Assembly (NCBI RefSeq): GCF_006345805.1
Contig: NC_043022.1
Location: 10,416,001-10,480,000, forward strand
Reading direction: 5' to 3'
From: Octopus sinensis
Lineage: Eukaryota
Length of the DNA stretch: 64,000 nucleotides
This document shows positions 35,598 to 49,300 of this stretch, one piece after another. Under the pieces are notes generated by a model. The model saw nothing but the letters and a program-made list of their open reading frames with translations. It made no database searches and was not told where the DNA came from. The translations under genes and the position numbers were made by a program. Position 1 is the first letter of the stretch; each line of letters opens with the position of its first letter.

Positions 35598-37443
35598 CTA
35601 CAATGTAAAAGCATAAAAGAGAGAGAGAGAAATAGATCAACTGTTACATCCTTTATATACAGATTCATTTTAAATACACAAAAAGACCAACACACCCAAT
35701 AAAACAAACAAAGTGATTCATTACACATTTTAATTTTTTGTTGTATTTTATTCCTTTTTTTTCTGTTGACTCCATTGAACAGCTGTAATTTCATCTCAGT
35801 ACAACAAACTGAAGTGAAGTACCACTTGAATAATACACAATATCCTCTGTTGGTCACAGAAACTTTTCCACTCTATGGTAACTATCAACAATTTCAGTGA
35901 ATTAAGCTGTTGAGAGTGAAAAGTATGCACCAGTGACATTGCAGAGCTGTTGGCAGGATCTGAACCAGTAACCCTCAGCTTAGTAGGCTTGTTTCTTAAA
36001 CTTACCAAATGCGAACCACTGCCACCACCACCATCATCATCATTTAATGTCTGTTGTCCACACTGGCAAACCCAAAAAGACTGCCATGTTCTACTGTGTA
36101 CATTGCTATGGTTTCTACAATTGGATACCCCTTCCCAATGCCAACCACTTTACAGAGTGTACCACTGAGGTCACCATTTAACTTGCAAAACAAGACCCTT
36201 CAACTGTGAGGGGAGTATTATTGACCTTGTACCAGGTGATGAGAGGTTAGAGTATGACGGGGGACAGAAATAGGTATCTTGCAATAGAGGGGGTACATGG
36301 CTACCCCAGCTGGGAAGAGAGAAATAATGGTGGAGAAGAAGTGACAGGGCATATCTTATTTTCATTTCTCTCTCTCATCCCAGACAAATGGCAGAAACAC
36401 ATCCTTGAACACTTAAATGTTAATATCACTTTGTTACAAAACCAAAAAACATTCATTATTGTAATTCTAGGTATCCAAGTAGACAAGATGGTCATCATCA
36501 TCATCGTTTAATGTCCGCTCTTGGCACCCTACATGGGTTGGACGATTTTGACTGAGGCCTGGTGAACCAGATGGCTGCACCAGGCTCCAATCTTGATTTG
36601 GCAGAGTTTCTACAGCTGGATGCCCTTCCTAACACCAACCACTCTGAGAGTGTAGTGGGTGCTTTTTACGTACCACCGGCACGGGGGCCAGTCAGATGGT
36701 ACTGGCATCGACCTTGCTCGAATCCTTTAACACATGCCACCAGCACAGGTGCCAGTAAGGCGATGTTGGTAATGATCAAGCTCGAATGGTGCCCTTTTAT
36801 GTGCCACTGGCATGGAAGCCAGTTGGCTGCTCTGGCAACGATCACGCTTGGATCGTGCTTTTGGCACCCTACTAGCATGGGCACAAGTGCCATTAAGGCG
36901 ACGCTGGTAATGATCACGCTCGAATGGTGGCCTCTAAGTGCCACTGGCACGGAAGCCGGTTAGCCTCTCTGTCAATGATCACGCTCATATGGTGCTCTTT
37001 GCACCCTGCTAGCATGGAAACCAGTCATCGAATTTGATTTTGCTTTTGATTGATTTCACTTGCCTCAACAGGTCTTCGCAAGCAGAGTTTTAGTGTCCAA
37101 AAAAGGAAAAGGTACGCATAAGTCAGAGATGGAGTATGCATTTGCTCACTCAGGACTCACCTGGAGCTATAACATGGGTTTCCTCTGTCCACAGTAGTGG
37201 TCTACATGATCCTTTGGTGTCCATACAAGATTTTGTTGTTAAAATTCATGCACAATAAATTAGTTGTACTTCTTCAATACACAAAAAAGTTTTAACACTT
37301 TTTTGAAATATTGAATGGCTATGAGGGTCCAACCAAGTAAAAAAGGAATCAAAGGGATCCACAGACACAAAATGATTGAGAATCACTGATCTATTGAGAT
37401 TAAATTCTGTTGAGAGAAGAATGAAAGAGAAATAAAAACATAC

Positions 37444-37562
37444 CCGAGAGGTTTCTCTGTTTCTAGTTCAGAGATGTCTTCATAGTTTTCCTTAGATTGT
37501 CTCAGATGCTGGAAGGAACCATCATCAGCTGAGTCAGAAAGCTTGCGCTTTCGAATTTCTTT
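37444..37562 (-). CDS. POM121: POM121-like nucleoporin, exon 6 (KEIRKRKLSD..., basic NLS-like)
   Basis: Acceptor TTTGCAG, phase 0; donor GG|GTATGT, phase 2. Confidence 0.9.
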
Positions 37563-37701
37563 CTGCAAATACAAAGAATTATTTTTCTTCTCAGCAAAGG
37601 TGTATCTCAGGTACATACAAAGAGACAGATTGAGAAACAGACACAGACAGAGGAGTGTGTGTTTAATACAAAGAGTACAGAAGGGAAATAACTAGACAAG
37701 G

Positions 37702-37830
37702 AGAGAGAGACGGAGAGCCAGACAGACGGATAGAGAGAGAGAGAGAGACGGAGAGCCAGACAGACGGATAGAGAGAGAGAGAGAGACGGAGAGCCAGACA
37801 GACGGATAGAGAGAGAGAGAGAGAGAGAGA
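37702..37830. repeat. GA-rich minisatellite (gacggagagccagacagacggata(ga)n x3)
   Basis: Three ~38-bp direct units visible. Confidence 0.85.
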
Positions 37831-38367
37831 ATTTCTTTATTCACCATAAGGTTGAGAAAAAGAGGGGACGATACGAGGAAAGACAAAACAAACATTGGGG
37901 TCAGGGTATTGAATGAGACGAAACGTATGAATAAACAAACAATTAAAATATATACAATTCAATGAAAATGAGTGATTTACAAAAAAATGAAGCAGAGGAC
38001 AAGTTCGATCCCACAAACCACATACTCACACTGAAGTCTTTGCTTTCTCCTTTTTTACATTCTCGTTTAAACAGGTTCTTTCACTCACAACATACTTGCT
38101 ACAGACTTCCATCTTTTACGAAACACACTTTGCGACAGGCATTTCTTCTCCTACCTTATTTTCCGTTTCACGTGGAAAACGAAAAAGTCGATTAGCTCCA
38201 GCCTGGAGATGAACATGCCTGTTGCAATTCCTTTCACTCTCGTCTTCCATACTACTTCTTTAGAGCCAGACAGACAGGAGTGTGTGTGTGTAATAAAGAG
38301 GATGGGCGGGGGAAGGAAACAGTAAAAGAAATTACAGACCAAACAAAAATCCTGAGATTTAACTCAC

Positions 38368-38698
38368 CTGCCGTTTCATGTACCGGTGACTCGAACTCAG
38401 TGAACTTAGAATAGGGTTATTTTTGGATCTGTAACGGGAACGTTTTAGATTTGGTGACCCTTCTGAATTTGGAGAATGAACACAATGGGCTGCTGGACGC
38501 TTGCTGCTGCCACCACCACCACTGCCACTTTCGTCAATGGACATGGCTGCTGAAACAGCTGGTGATGACATGTAGCGTGCGGTGTCAGGGGACATGTAGT
38601 TTGGTGAGAAGTTGCACAGGGCCAGATCCGGAAGGAAATCGGAGAGCGACGGTATAGATGAGGAAGATGAAGCAGTAGAATGGTTACTTTCTTGACGC
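38368..38698 (-). CDS. POM121: POM121-like nucleoporin, exon 5 (RQESNHS...RSKNNPILSSLSSS...)
   Basis: Acceptor TTTCAG, phase 2; donor CAG|GTGAGT, phase 0. NNPILSSLSS resembles vertebrate RNAITSSYSS (recalled). Confidence 0.9.
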
Positions 38699-39331
38699 CT
38701 GAAACAGAATAAGAGAGAGACAGATAGACAAAAAAGTTTGCTAACGAGAGAGAGAGAGAGAGAACAAGACAAACAGACAGAGTAAGAGTGAAAGAAAGAA
38801 AGGCAGAACAAAACAACGGAAAGGTAGAAAGGTAGTGAGGTCAAAATACTCCGCTGAAGCCAGCTTTGCCTTTCATTCTTTCAGGGTCAATAAAACAAGT
38901 ACCAGTTGGATACTGGGGTTGAAGTAATCAACTTAACTCCTCCCTGGAAAAGCCTGGCCTTGTGCCAAAATTTAAAACCAATATTACTGGTCAAAATGTT
39001 GTTTGGACATTCCATATTATAATTTTTTCTACTCTAGGCACACGATAAAGATAGACAGGTAGTGAGCAACAATGAGGCCTGTAAAATGGAGCATTAAGGT
39101 TCCATAAACCTGAAATACTTTGCAGAATTGTTGAGATATCAATCAAGGCTTCATCTTTACCTGGTTGTAAGAAAAAGTGAACTAACACATGTTCAGACTT
39201 CTTTTTTTTTAATCTCAGCCAGAAAATGTATGCAGAAGTAAAGAGTAATGGGCCAGGTGAGAATTGAACCTGCATTCCAGGTTTGGTTTGCTGGAAGTTT
39301 ACAATCACATTCTGACAATCGTGCATTTTAA

Positions 39332-39547
39332 CCCTTTGGCATTGAAGCCAGCCTAATCCGGCCTAAATATTCTACCTGCTTTATGTTCAAACTTGCCAGA
39401 TCCAGCCTCTCACACCAACTCTACAGTGTCATTCTAAAAGTAAACATTCACACCAACAAAATCTTGAAGCTACAAGATAACGCATGATTAATTCAAAACA
39501 ACACGAATGAATATTACATGTGACAGAGTAATTAGAATGCTACATGG
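39332..39547. mobile_element. TTAA-flanked MITE, multicopy (representative copy)
   Basis: ttaa|ccctttggcatt...aatgctacatgg|ttaa. Related copies at ~20520-20748, 26080-26287, 31365-31585, 35230-35420, 43570-43781 and 45743-45951. Confidence 0.75.
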
Positions 39548-40524
39548 TTAAAATATTTTCTAAGCAATGAAGAAGAAGGAGAGAGAGAGAGAGGTTGAAA
39601 TAATAAAGTGGGCACAGTCTATTGGATCTGCAGGACACTAACAGAAGCTTCCTCTTCATATAATCTGTATACATAATGAAGTAAAACTCAATCCTAATGA
39701 AGCACAAACTCTGTCCAAGCTAAAACACATGGGAAGAGCGTGGGATCATAGGGGTGGGGGTAATGAATCTGAAGAAAGACTTAACAAATTTATCAACCAC
39801 TCATATTTTCAAATGTTGTCAAGACAATCTTCTTGGTAAAGTTTCCAAACAGAATCCTTTGGTGGGGAACAAGTTGAATTAGAAACTATTAATAAATCAT
39901 TGGTACTTCATTTTATTCTCAATGGAACAAGGATCTTAGCAGGATTTGAATTCAGAATGTACAACACCATAAAAAAAAAAAGACATCACAAGGTGATTTG
40001 TCTTAAACTTAAGATGATTTTTGAAATGAGAATATCTGAAATAAACTCCACTGCTCTCAAAAATTAAGTGAAAAAGCCAGAAAAATGATCCAGAATCCTG
40101 ATCAATCCCAATGGTAGTCATGGAATGTGAAGGTGGGTGTGCAGGCCGTGTTTGTAATGCTGTATGTGTGTCGTCTGCAATGTGAACAGGGACAGTTTTC
40201 TCTATGAAGGTCTTTTTTAGTCTATCTACTGATATAATGTATTTATGACCCTTAAGCATGGGGGCCAGTCAGGTGGTACTGGCAACAACCTCGCTTGAAT
40301 GTTTTTTCACGTGCCACCAGCACAAGTGCCAGTAAGGCAACACTGGTAACGATCACGCTTGAATGGTGCTTTTTATGTGCCACCGGCACAAATGCTTTTC
40401 ACTTTTTTAATGACAGTGAGGTGTGATTTGAGGGAGAATTCATTGTTATTTCTAGCTAGTCAAGTGACCACATAAAGGTAACAAAAAAGTTTTATATTGG
40501 AAGAATATTTTCAGAATTGCTTAC

Positions 40525-40590
40525 CGCCTTTTAGCATTCATACTGTTAATCATGATCACCGACTCCTCCTCATTGTTGGCCCGTTTTCGG
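40525..40590 (-). CDS. POM121: POM121-like nucleoporin, exon 4 (SRKRANNEEESVIMINSMNAKRR, bipartite NLS)
   Basis: Acceptor TTGCAG, donor CG|GTAAGC; 66 nt, phase 2-2. Not in the ORF track. Confidence 0.85.
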
Positions 40591-40813
40591 CTGCAATATA
40601 AGCAATTATTTAATGGTTATGCAGACGGGAGGTACTATAACATGGCAAAGGTACTACAAATCCTTACACAGGCATTTTTATTTTTTTTCTTTATTTTTGT
40701 AATGAAATCAGTCATGTCGGGTCAACATGCCTTGTGGATTACCAAAATTAAGAACTGAAGAAATCTCATCGATTGACAATAAATATATGCATGAATAAGC
40801 AAAATAAACTAAC

Positions 40814-40888
40814 CTGCCTTCTCGTAGAGCACTCAAGACATCTCCAGGACTAGTTGCAGTTGGTATATCATGTTTCAGAGAGGTAAAC
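40814..40888 (-). CDS. POM121: POM121-like nucleoporin, exon 3 (FTSLKHDIPTATSPGDVLSALREG)
   Basis: Acceptor TGTAG, donor AG|GTTAGT; 75 nt, phase 2-2. Contains the VLSAL(R/K)E motif. Confidence 0.9.
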
Positions 40889-40999
40889 CTACATGACATA
40901 AATAGATTTGAAAAATAATTGCTGGAAGGTCAATAGTGACATAAAAAAAAAAAAAAAAACTAATACAGTAATATCTTCTTTCCTTAATCCTTTTTTCCC

Positions 41000-41345
41000 C
41001 TTGTGGAGCATAGCGCCTCAACAGTTGTTTTCCACTTTTTGCAGTCATTGGTGTGTTTCTTGGCTGCTTCCCATGTCAGGCCGGTAGTCCTGAGCTCGTC
41101 CAAAATGCTTCACTTCCATGTCTGCTTCGGGCATCCTAGCTTCCTTTTCCCCTGCGGGTTCTTTCCTTCATCTAATCTGAACAGGTATGGGCTCCTGGTT
41201 GGCCCTTTCCCACAGGTCAGTGTTTGGCACTCTGTCGAACCACTTCAGATGGAGGATCTGACAGACATTTGTTGATGAAAGTCTGGATCTTCTTGTAGTT
41301 GCTGCAGCTGGCTCTCCATGTTTCAGAGCCATACAAAAGCACAGA
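41000..41345 (-). mobile_element. Degenerate RTE-like LINE 3' fragment
   Basis: The minus strand gives LLYGSETW...QTFINKCL..ILHLKW and G-KRKLGCPKQTW-like RTE C-terminal motifs. Confidence 0.6.
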
Positions 41346-42611
41346 TTTTACATAGTATAGTTTGCATGAAGCATTGTCTGATATAGATAAATGTTTTTGA
41401 TTTATTTTTATGAAGCCAAAACTATGCAGGCTGTAAGAAATAATACAAGTTGATGGTTTGTACTTTTAGCTGGCATTTCAATATTTTGGAGTTAGGACTC
41501 CTTTCTCAGAAAATCTTCGGAGAAATGGTGCATACATACACTACAGAACAAAGAAGTTAGCTCACAAGAACCCCAAAATATTGAAATACAGAGTAAAAAA
41601 AAACTATTGATATGCATTATTACTAATCACCACCGTGATCGACCAGGCTATCAGATGTTGCTACACATCGCTGGTCACAATGCGCTTCGCATTGTTTTAG
41701 CCTTCAAATGATGCCACCCCGCTGGCTAAGCGAGCAGGCCAACAGAAGAAAGAGTGAAAGAAAGTTGGGGCGAAAGAGTACAGCAAGGATTGCCACTACC
41801 CGCTGCCGGAGCCTCAAGGAGCTTTAGGTGTTTTCGTTCAATAAACACTTACAACGCCTGGTCTGGGAATCGAAACCGCGATCCTACAACCGCGAGTTCG
41901 CTGCCCTAACCACTAGGCCATTGCGCCTCCACGCATTATTACTAATAGCTGACAGAATCGTTAGCAAGTCAGACAAAATGCTCAGCAGTATTTCTTCTGG
42001 CTCTTTATGTTTTGAATTCAAATTCTGCTGCATCCAACTTTGCCTTCCATCCATTTGGAGGTCAATGAAATAAGTCCCAGTTGAACACTGGGGTCAATAT
42101 AACTGGCTTATCACTTCTTCTAAAATTGCTGGCCATGTGACAAAGGTTGCAACCCCTATTTCTCCTAACTTGCATCATTTTGGCTTTAAAAAAAAAAATT
42201 TAAAAAGCATTTATGACAAGAGTTCAGAGAGCATGAACCTCCACCAAGGCAACACCAACATCCCTTCAACGATGAACCAGAGATGATTTTTGAAATGAGA
42301 ATATCGGAAATAAACTCAACTGCTCTCACAAACGAGGATACTAAAAATGAACCCAGCCACTCGCAAAAATTAAGTAAAAAAAACAAAAAAATAATCCAGA
42401 ATCCTTGTTTGGTACCTGATCGATCTCAAAATCTAATCAGTTTGTGCCAGTCATGAGGCCAAACATCCCTGAAAGTTTCATCCGAATCCATCTAGCGGTT
42501 CTTGAGATATCTTGTCCACGGACAAACAAACAAACAAACATGACTGAAAACAATACCTCTGCCTTTGCTAAGGTGGAAGTAATAATAATAATATTTAAAA
42601 CTAATACTAAC

Positions 42612-42821
42612 TTTGGACTGTGGATGGCTCCAGTTTCAGGTGGTGCAATTCGAACAGTCACTGGACTCCGTAATTTGTTCACATTTGTCTCAAGAAGTGG
42701 AATCTTGATTTTCTTTTCTAGATTGACAAGTGGTAGGACACCTGGTACACTTCTGGAAGGGTAACAGACTTCTGGTCGTTGCAAGGCATGAGGGGTGAAA
42801 CCAACTGGACTTATTACTGGC
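42612..42821 (-). CDS. POM121: POM121-like nucleoporin, exon 2 (…LRSPVTVRIAPPE…)
   Basis: Acceptor TTCTACAG, phase 2; donor AA|GTTAGT. SPVTVRIAPP matches a motif I recall from vertebrate POM121. Confidence 0.92.
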
Positions 42822-45800
42822 CTGTAGAAGATAATAATTCAGATTATTAAATAAAATGCATATTTGATATTAGCAAAGGCTTAGATAACTGACCGAGTAG
42901 AAATGATTTGGAATGCTAACATACATAGGCACAGGCATGGCTGCGTCATAAGAAGTTTGCTCCCGATGTACATGGCTCTGGGTTCAATCCCATTGTGTGG
43001 TACCTTGGGCAAGTGTCTTCTACTATAGTCTTAGGCCAACAAAAGCCTTGTGCGTGGATTTGGAAGACAGAAACTGAAAGAAGCCCATTGTGTATGTGTG
43101 TGTGTGTGCTTGTGTTTTTGCATATGTATTTGTCACCCACCACCGTTTGACAACTGGTGTTAGTATGTTTACATCCCAATAAGTTAGCGTTTCAGCAAAA
43201 GAGACCAATAGAAGATACAGGTCTTGAGATTACATCTCTCAACTTTCTTTTAGTTACATGCAGAATGCAGTTCAGTTGATTCTATATTGCTTCAATTCAC
43301 TTATCTGTTGGCTAAGGGTACAAAATCGTCTGAGAAGTAGAGAAAGATTTAATTCTCATCTGATTAGCACTACAAGAGCCGAGAACAAAACCACTGACAC
43401 CCATAAAGCTTAATTTGTTTGATTCCACCAGCATTTCTCAAAATGAGTAGTGAAAAATTTTATAAGATACTGGGAGCAAAAGTACAATAAATGCACCTTT
43501 TAACCATTAAATGGCAGGAAAGGGCTGCATGAATATATGTGCTAAAAGAACAAAAATCGAAAAATATCTTCAGCATTTAAACTGGCCATATTCAATCAAA
43601 ATATACCTGTTTGATGTTCAATCTGGCTAGATTTGGCCTCACGTCTACCCTATAATGTCATTGTAAAAATATACAATCACATTGAAACTGTAAAGCTACA
43701 AAGCAATGCATGATTAATTCTAAACAATGTGAATAAATAAATATTAAATCTGACAGAGTAGTTTGAGTGCTAGAGGGTTAAGGGTAATTTTTATACTTAT
43801 TTTTACTTTAAATTCTTTTATTTGTTTCAGTCATTTGACTGCGGCCATGCTGAAGCACTGCTTTTAGTCGAACAAATCAACCCCAGGACTTATTCTTTGT
43901 AAGCCTAGTACTTATTCTATCGGTCTCTTTCGCTGAACTGCTAAGTTACGGGAACGTAAACACACCAGCATCGGTTGTCAAGCGATGTTGGGGGGACAAA
44001 CACAGACACACAAACATACATACATATATATATATATATATGGTGGGCTTCTTTCAGTTTCCATTTACTAAATTCACTCACAAGGCTTTGGTCAACCCAA
44101 GGCTATAGTAGAAGACACTTGCCCAAGGTGCCATGCAGTGGGACTGAACTTGGAACCATGTGGTTGACAAGCAAGCTACTTACCACACAGCTACTCCTGC
44201 ACCTATAAGTACAAAAACTATAATAATTGTTAGTTGCTTGCACAATAAAATTTACATTCTCCTTATCGAATATGCTGTGCAATGTTCACTTTCCTTTCAT
44301 GATGGCTGTATCCATGTAAAATTTTTGAAAGAGCAATTGATGTCTGCTGTACTTTAATGAAACATCAAATGATGATGTCCATTGTTTAAAGGTTAATTAC
44401 CCTAATTTTCAAAAACACTTTCAAGTATTATTCCATGTCTAAATTATCTCTTTTACTCGTTTCGGTCATTTGACTGTGGCCATGCTGGAGCACCACCTTT
44501 AGTCGAGCAAATCGACCACAGGTGAGCTGTTTTTACTTCATACCTGGAGACCACTTCACTTTTTAGAAATAGCACCCAAGTTCCAACACGATTTTATGTA
44601 AGAAACTGCTTGTGAAGTCATATAACAAACAACAGATTTAAAATTAAAAACTTGGTTATTTTACTAAAACTTGAATTCTTCAACATTTTCAAAATCAATT
44701 AAAAAGACGCAAGCAGTATATATAGTAGAGATATGATCATAAGCAACACCAAATACATTTATATTTACATTTATATGTTTATATTTCTGGGTTGACATTA
44801 AAGCTCAACACAGCCTTATGGCTAGCTGCACCCTGTCAAACCACCCAACCCATGCCACAATGAAAATCAGCCGTTAAAGATCATCATCCTCATTTAACGT
44901 CCGTTCTCCATGCTAGCATGGGTTGGACGGTTCGACCGGGGATCTGGGAAGCCAGAAGGCTGCACCAGGCTCCAGTCTGATCTGGCAGTGTTTCTACAGC
45001 TAGATGCCCTTCCTAATGCCAACCACTCCGTGAGTGTAGTGGGTGCTTTTTACGTGCCAGGCGAGGCTGGCAACGGCCATGATCGGATTGGTGCTTTTTA
45101 CGTGCCACCAGCATGGAAGCCAGTTAAGGCGGCGCTGGCATCGGCCACATTTGGATGGTGCTTTTTATGTGCCACCGGCACAGGGATCCCAACTGCAGTT
45201 TCCATTGGGTGATGACAATTATGATGATGATAATGAAAGGTGATGAGTTGGTAGAGCTGTCAGAGTATTGGATAGTAAGCCTTGCAGTATTTGTTCCAGT
45301 TGTCAGCACCTTGAGTTCAAATCCCGATGAGGTCAACTTTGCATTTCATTCATCTGCAGTCAATAAGAAAAAGTACTGATCCACTGTGGTGGACTGGCAA
45401 AACTGTTTTGAGTGTTGGACACAGTATGCCTTGTAGTATTTGCTCCAGCCCATTGTACCATAGCGAGGGCATTTATGATGACATTGATATGAAGCAGTAT
45501 TGGACCCTAAAGTGAAGGATGTCTTTTCCTTTGGACGACATCAGTGATAGGGGAGGAGATTGATATTGGGCAACGGCCAATCTGCCACAAAAAAAAAAAA
45601 AAAAAAATTCTTGCCACATGTATGCACTTCTGCAAACCATCAAATACATAGTCAGCTAGGACTGACAGAACCTCGGCCCTTCCACCATACATGTCAGCCC
45701 TGTATATGAAGGACTACATTGGCAAATATGGTCCTCTGTATTTTACCCTTTAGCATTCAGATTCTTTTGCATTTTGCATTCTTTTCAATTAATCATGCAC

Positions 45801-47067
45801 TACCTTGTGGCTCAATGATTTCAAATGATGTGATTGTTTACTTTTAGAATGACATTGCAGGGCAAATATAAGAGGCCAGATCTGGCTGGTTTGAACTTAA
45901 AACAGACAGAATATTCAGGTCGAATATGGTCAGTTTAAATGCTAAAGGCTTAAGACAGTGATGTAAAGAGGATTTAACTGCTATTTCCAGCAGGCTGACT
46001 GGCTGCATAGCAGTACGTTTGTTAGTGTGTGTGTGTGGTACGTCCTAAGACTAGTCAAATAATTTCCAAAGTTGTTCTTTTATTTATGGAAATCTATAAA
46101 CCTATATAATCTCTGAAAGCTCTTCACTCTAACATTAGCATTATGCTGGAATCTCTTTTCAGTCTAAAGGAAGAACATCTGCTCATGATACCTCACACAC
46201 ACACCTATATGATGTACATTCAACCCCTCTCCACTACCGCCACCAGACTAACTTGTTTACTGCCGATCACATGGTGTAGATGTAACTCAAAGATTAAGTT
46301 TCAAATAAAACATGTTTTGGAATGTGTGTTTGTTTTGTTGAGACAGACAAACACATTCCATTTTGCAGCAGCCCCCACCAGGATTAACATTAATTTGATG
46401 AAGTCCACAGATTTTATTCATATTTTGAATAGTGTAGCATTATCAATGTGATCACATGAGCCGATCTGAAATGGTCATTGTTTTTGTTACTCCAGGCCAA
46501 GCTGGATTGAGCAGAGCTTATGAACAAAGAGGATCCATTTCAAGATCCTGGTTGTATTTTCCTTGAGCGTTGCACATCTCGGACTACCTGGCTGTGGGGT
46601 TAAAGAAGTTTGTTTCCCAACCACATGGTTTCGGGTTCAGTCCTATGGCATGACACCTTGAGCAAGTGTCTTCTACTATAGCTCTGGAATAACCAAAGCT
46701 TTGTGAGTGGATTTGGAGGGATGGATGTCATTGTTCAGTTTTAGTTCAAGATTTCTTTGCCAATAGAGCAAGAGCCAGTTTCTAACCTAGATCCAAAGCT
46801 CCTTCATCAAAATTTCAACATCAACAACATTGTTTGTTTGTATGTATGTATGTTATTGTGCAGTTTTAGTTCAAGATTTCTTGCCAACAGAGAACGAATC
46901 GGTTTCTAACCGAGATCCAAAGCTCCTTCAATGGAATTTCAACATCAACAACAGGGTATTTTTGTATGTATGTATGTATGTATGTATGTATGTGCAGATT
47001 TATATGTTTTGTTTTATGCATATATTCTCATACATATAGTTGCATATCTAGGCATGCTCATATAAAT

Positions 47068-47300
47068 TTAAATGATAAACTTCTGAAAAGTTTTACACAT
47101 TTTTACAATTCCAGTGATGGATAGGATCTGTAGTCTTTGAATTAGCTTTCTCCTTTCTGGCTTTGAGAAGCCTAATTTCTCAAGACTGGTATGTAGGCAG
47201 TGTGTTACATATCCCAGGGCCCCAATAATTGCAAGTATAAACCTGAACTTGTAATTTGGATAGCATAACTATAGATTTCTCAATAGTTCAACGTAGAGAC
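47068..47300 (-). mobile_element. 3' end of an RLE-type (R4/Dong/NeSL-like) non-LTR retrotransposon ORF
   Basis: Reads YVELLRNL*LCYPNYKFRFILAIIGALGYVTHCLHTSLEKLGF...KTFQKFII*, with the PxxxGALG-type motif that follows the restriction-like endonuclease. Confidence 0.7.
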
Positions 47301-48087
47301 CATAACCTTGTGGCCTATGCAAGGGGTGTAACCAGCCCACTTACGTGTACCTTTCCTTCATTAGACACTAAACTCTGCTTGTGAAGACCTGTCGAGGCAA
47401 GTGAAATCGAAATCAAATTCGGTGACTGGCATCTGTGCTAGTGGAGCACTAAGAGCACCATCCGAGCATGATCATTACCAGAGCGGCTCACTGGCGTTCG
47501 TGCCGGTGGCACGTGAAAAGCACCATTCAAGCATGATCATTACCAGCATCGCCTGACTGGCCCTTGTGCCGGTGGCACATAAAAGCACACAATACACTCT
47601 TGTAGTGGTTGGCGTTAGGAAGGGCATCCAGCTGTAGAAACTCTGCCAGATCGAGATTGGTACAGCCATCTGGTTTGCCAGTCCTCAGAGAAATCGTCCA
47701 ACCCATGCTAGCATCGAAAGTGGATATTAAACAATGATGATATATAGACAGACAGATAGATGCAGATTTTCTCTCTCTCCATTTTTTTGCTTTCAATTCT
47801 TTCTGTTGAAGAGTGTATCATAACTAGTAACACCACTAAGTACAATGGTAGACTAACCATTATACTGGTAACTGATGAGGTAATGATAATCTATATGAAG
47901 CTCTAACTCATACAGTAGTGGCCATACATCTAACTATAGACACAGGATGTGTTTGTGTGTGTAGGGTAGAGAATACTGTACAGTGTATAACATAGCTACA
48001 AGGATTTATTCAACCATATCACTCCTTTGTAGATGTGTAGTTTTGTGTTTAAATTAAAAATCATCACCAGTATTATTAATAGCTTAA

Positions 48088-49165
48088 CCCTTTCGTTACT
48101 ATATTTCTGACCAAAATACACCCCTTATGTGTTTCAATTAATTTCTAACGTAATCATAAATTTAGTCTGGTTTCATTAAACAACTATAACTTTTTTATTT
48201 ATCAATATATTAATCTGATTTTTGGAAGATAATTTAATGAAATATTCTCAACCAATTCTATACTATAATTTTTGTCACAAAGTGACTCTAATTGCAGGTA
48301 GATACAGGTAAATTCAACAAAATATAAAATTATTAAAATTTTGTTCAAACATCGCTATAGAAAATGGGTTATTAGCTAATATTCAATTGGGTATCCAACA
48401 AAATTTTACGATAGAATTTGTTATTCTGGGTAACTTTCTGATACCCATAATAATATTTATGGCAAAATAGTCTTAATTTCATTTAAGGTTGTGGGAAACC
48501 ACAAACTATCCTTTCTTTCGCTTTGTTTACATTCAGCGTAACGGTTCGTTTCCGCCATAATGATTTCAAATAGGCTCATTCGAAAAAGTAAAAAGAAATA
48601 GTCTAAGGCTTTACTCTCCTGGGAAAGTCTGTGGCTTGGTCCAGTTTCTTCAGAAAAATCACCGAAAGAAACAGTTTTTAAATTTTCACTCCATTCAGGT
48701 GCCAATTCATTTTCTTTATCGCTGTCGGAGATCTCGGATTCACTGTTTTCACTTTCGGAAAATGAAACATCGGATTCATTATCAAATACCTTGTGCTTTT
48801 TTTTTTCAGTCATAGGAGTTAGATTTATGAAGGTCTTCAGTAGAAAATCCTTCGAATTCTGACTCGCTGCTTGATATAATGAAATTCGTATCCATTTTTT
48901 GTCAGAATTACAAATTTTGAAAATACAATAGGAACAAATTTCGGAAAAAAATCTCCCAAAATTCACGGAATTAAAATTACACTTCGATTATTGTACAAAA
49001 CTGTAGTTGAACTGTTTACGAAGTATAATACGTGTTTTCACGAATGTACTAAAGAGATTTGCTCTGATATTCTCATTTAAATATCAATAAGTAAATACAG
49101 GCGGGTTTGGGTGGTTTGGTCACATTAACCAAAATTTTTTTCGGGCGGCTTTGGTAACAAAAGTG
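48088..49165 (-). mobile_element. Internally deleted piggyBac element carrying the transposase N-terminus (ORF 48457-48966)
   Basis: TTAA at both ends; TIRs ccctttcgttac / gtaacaaaagtg. Acidic N-terminus followed by FSEETGP...LDYFFLLF...AETNRYA...WFPTTLNEIK, typical of piggyBac/PGBD transposases. No DDD core. Confidence 0.88.
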
Positions 49166-49300
49166 TTAAATACCATAGATGAGCGCTTCTCAAGCTATCT
49201 AAAGTAGCATACCAGCAATTTTGTTTTCCTAATGTGCTAGGGACCGGTAATATTTCTTAGTAATATTAATCTATACCAGAAACAATATATATAATGAATA

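Noticed and set aside
45507-45600. Strong poly-T acceptor on the minus strand in intron 1, suggesting an extra exon
   Set aside because: All three frames reach a stop before a convincing phase-compatible donor.
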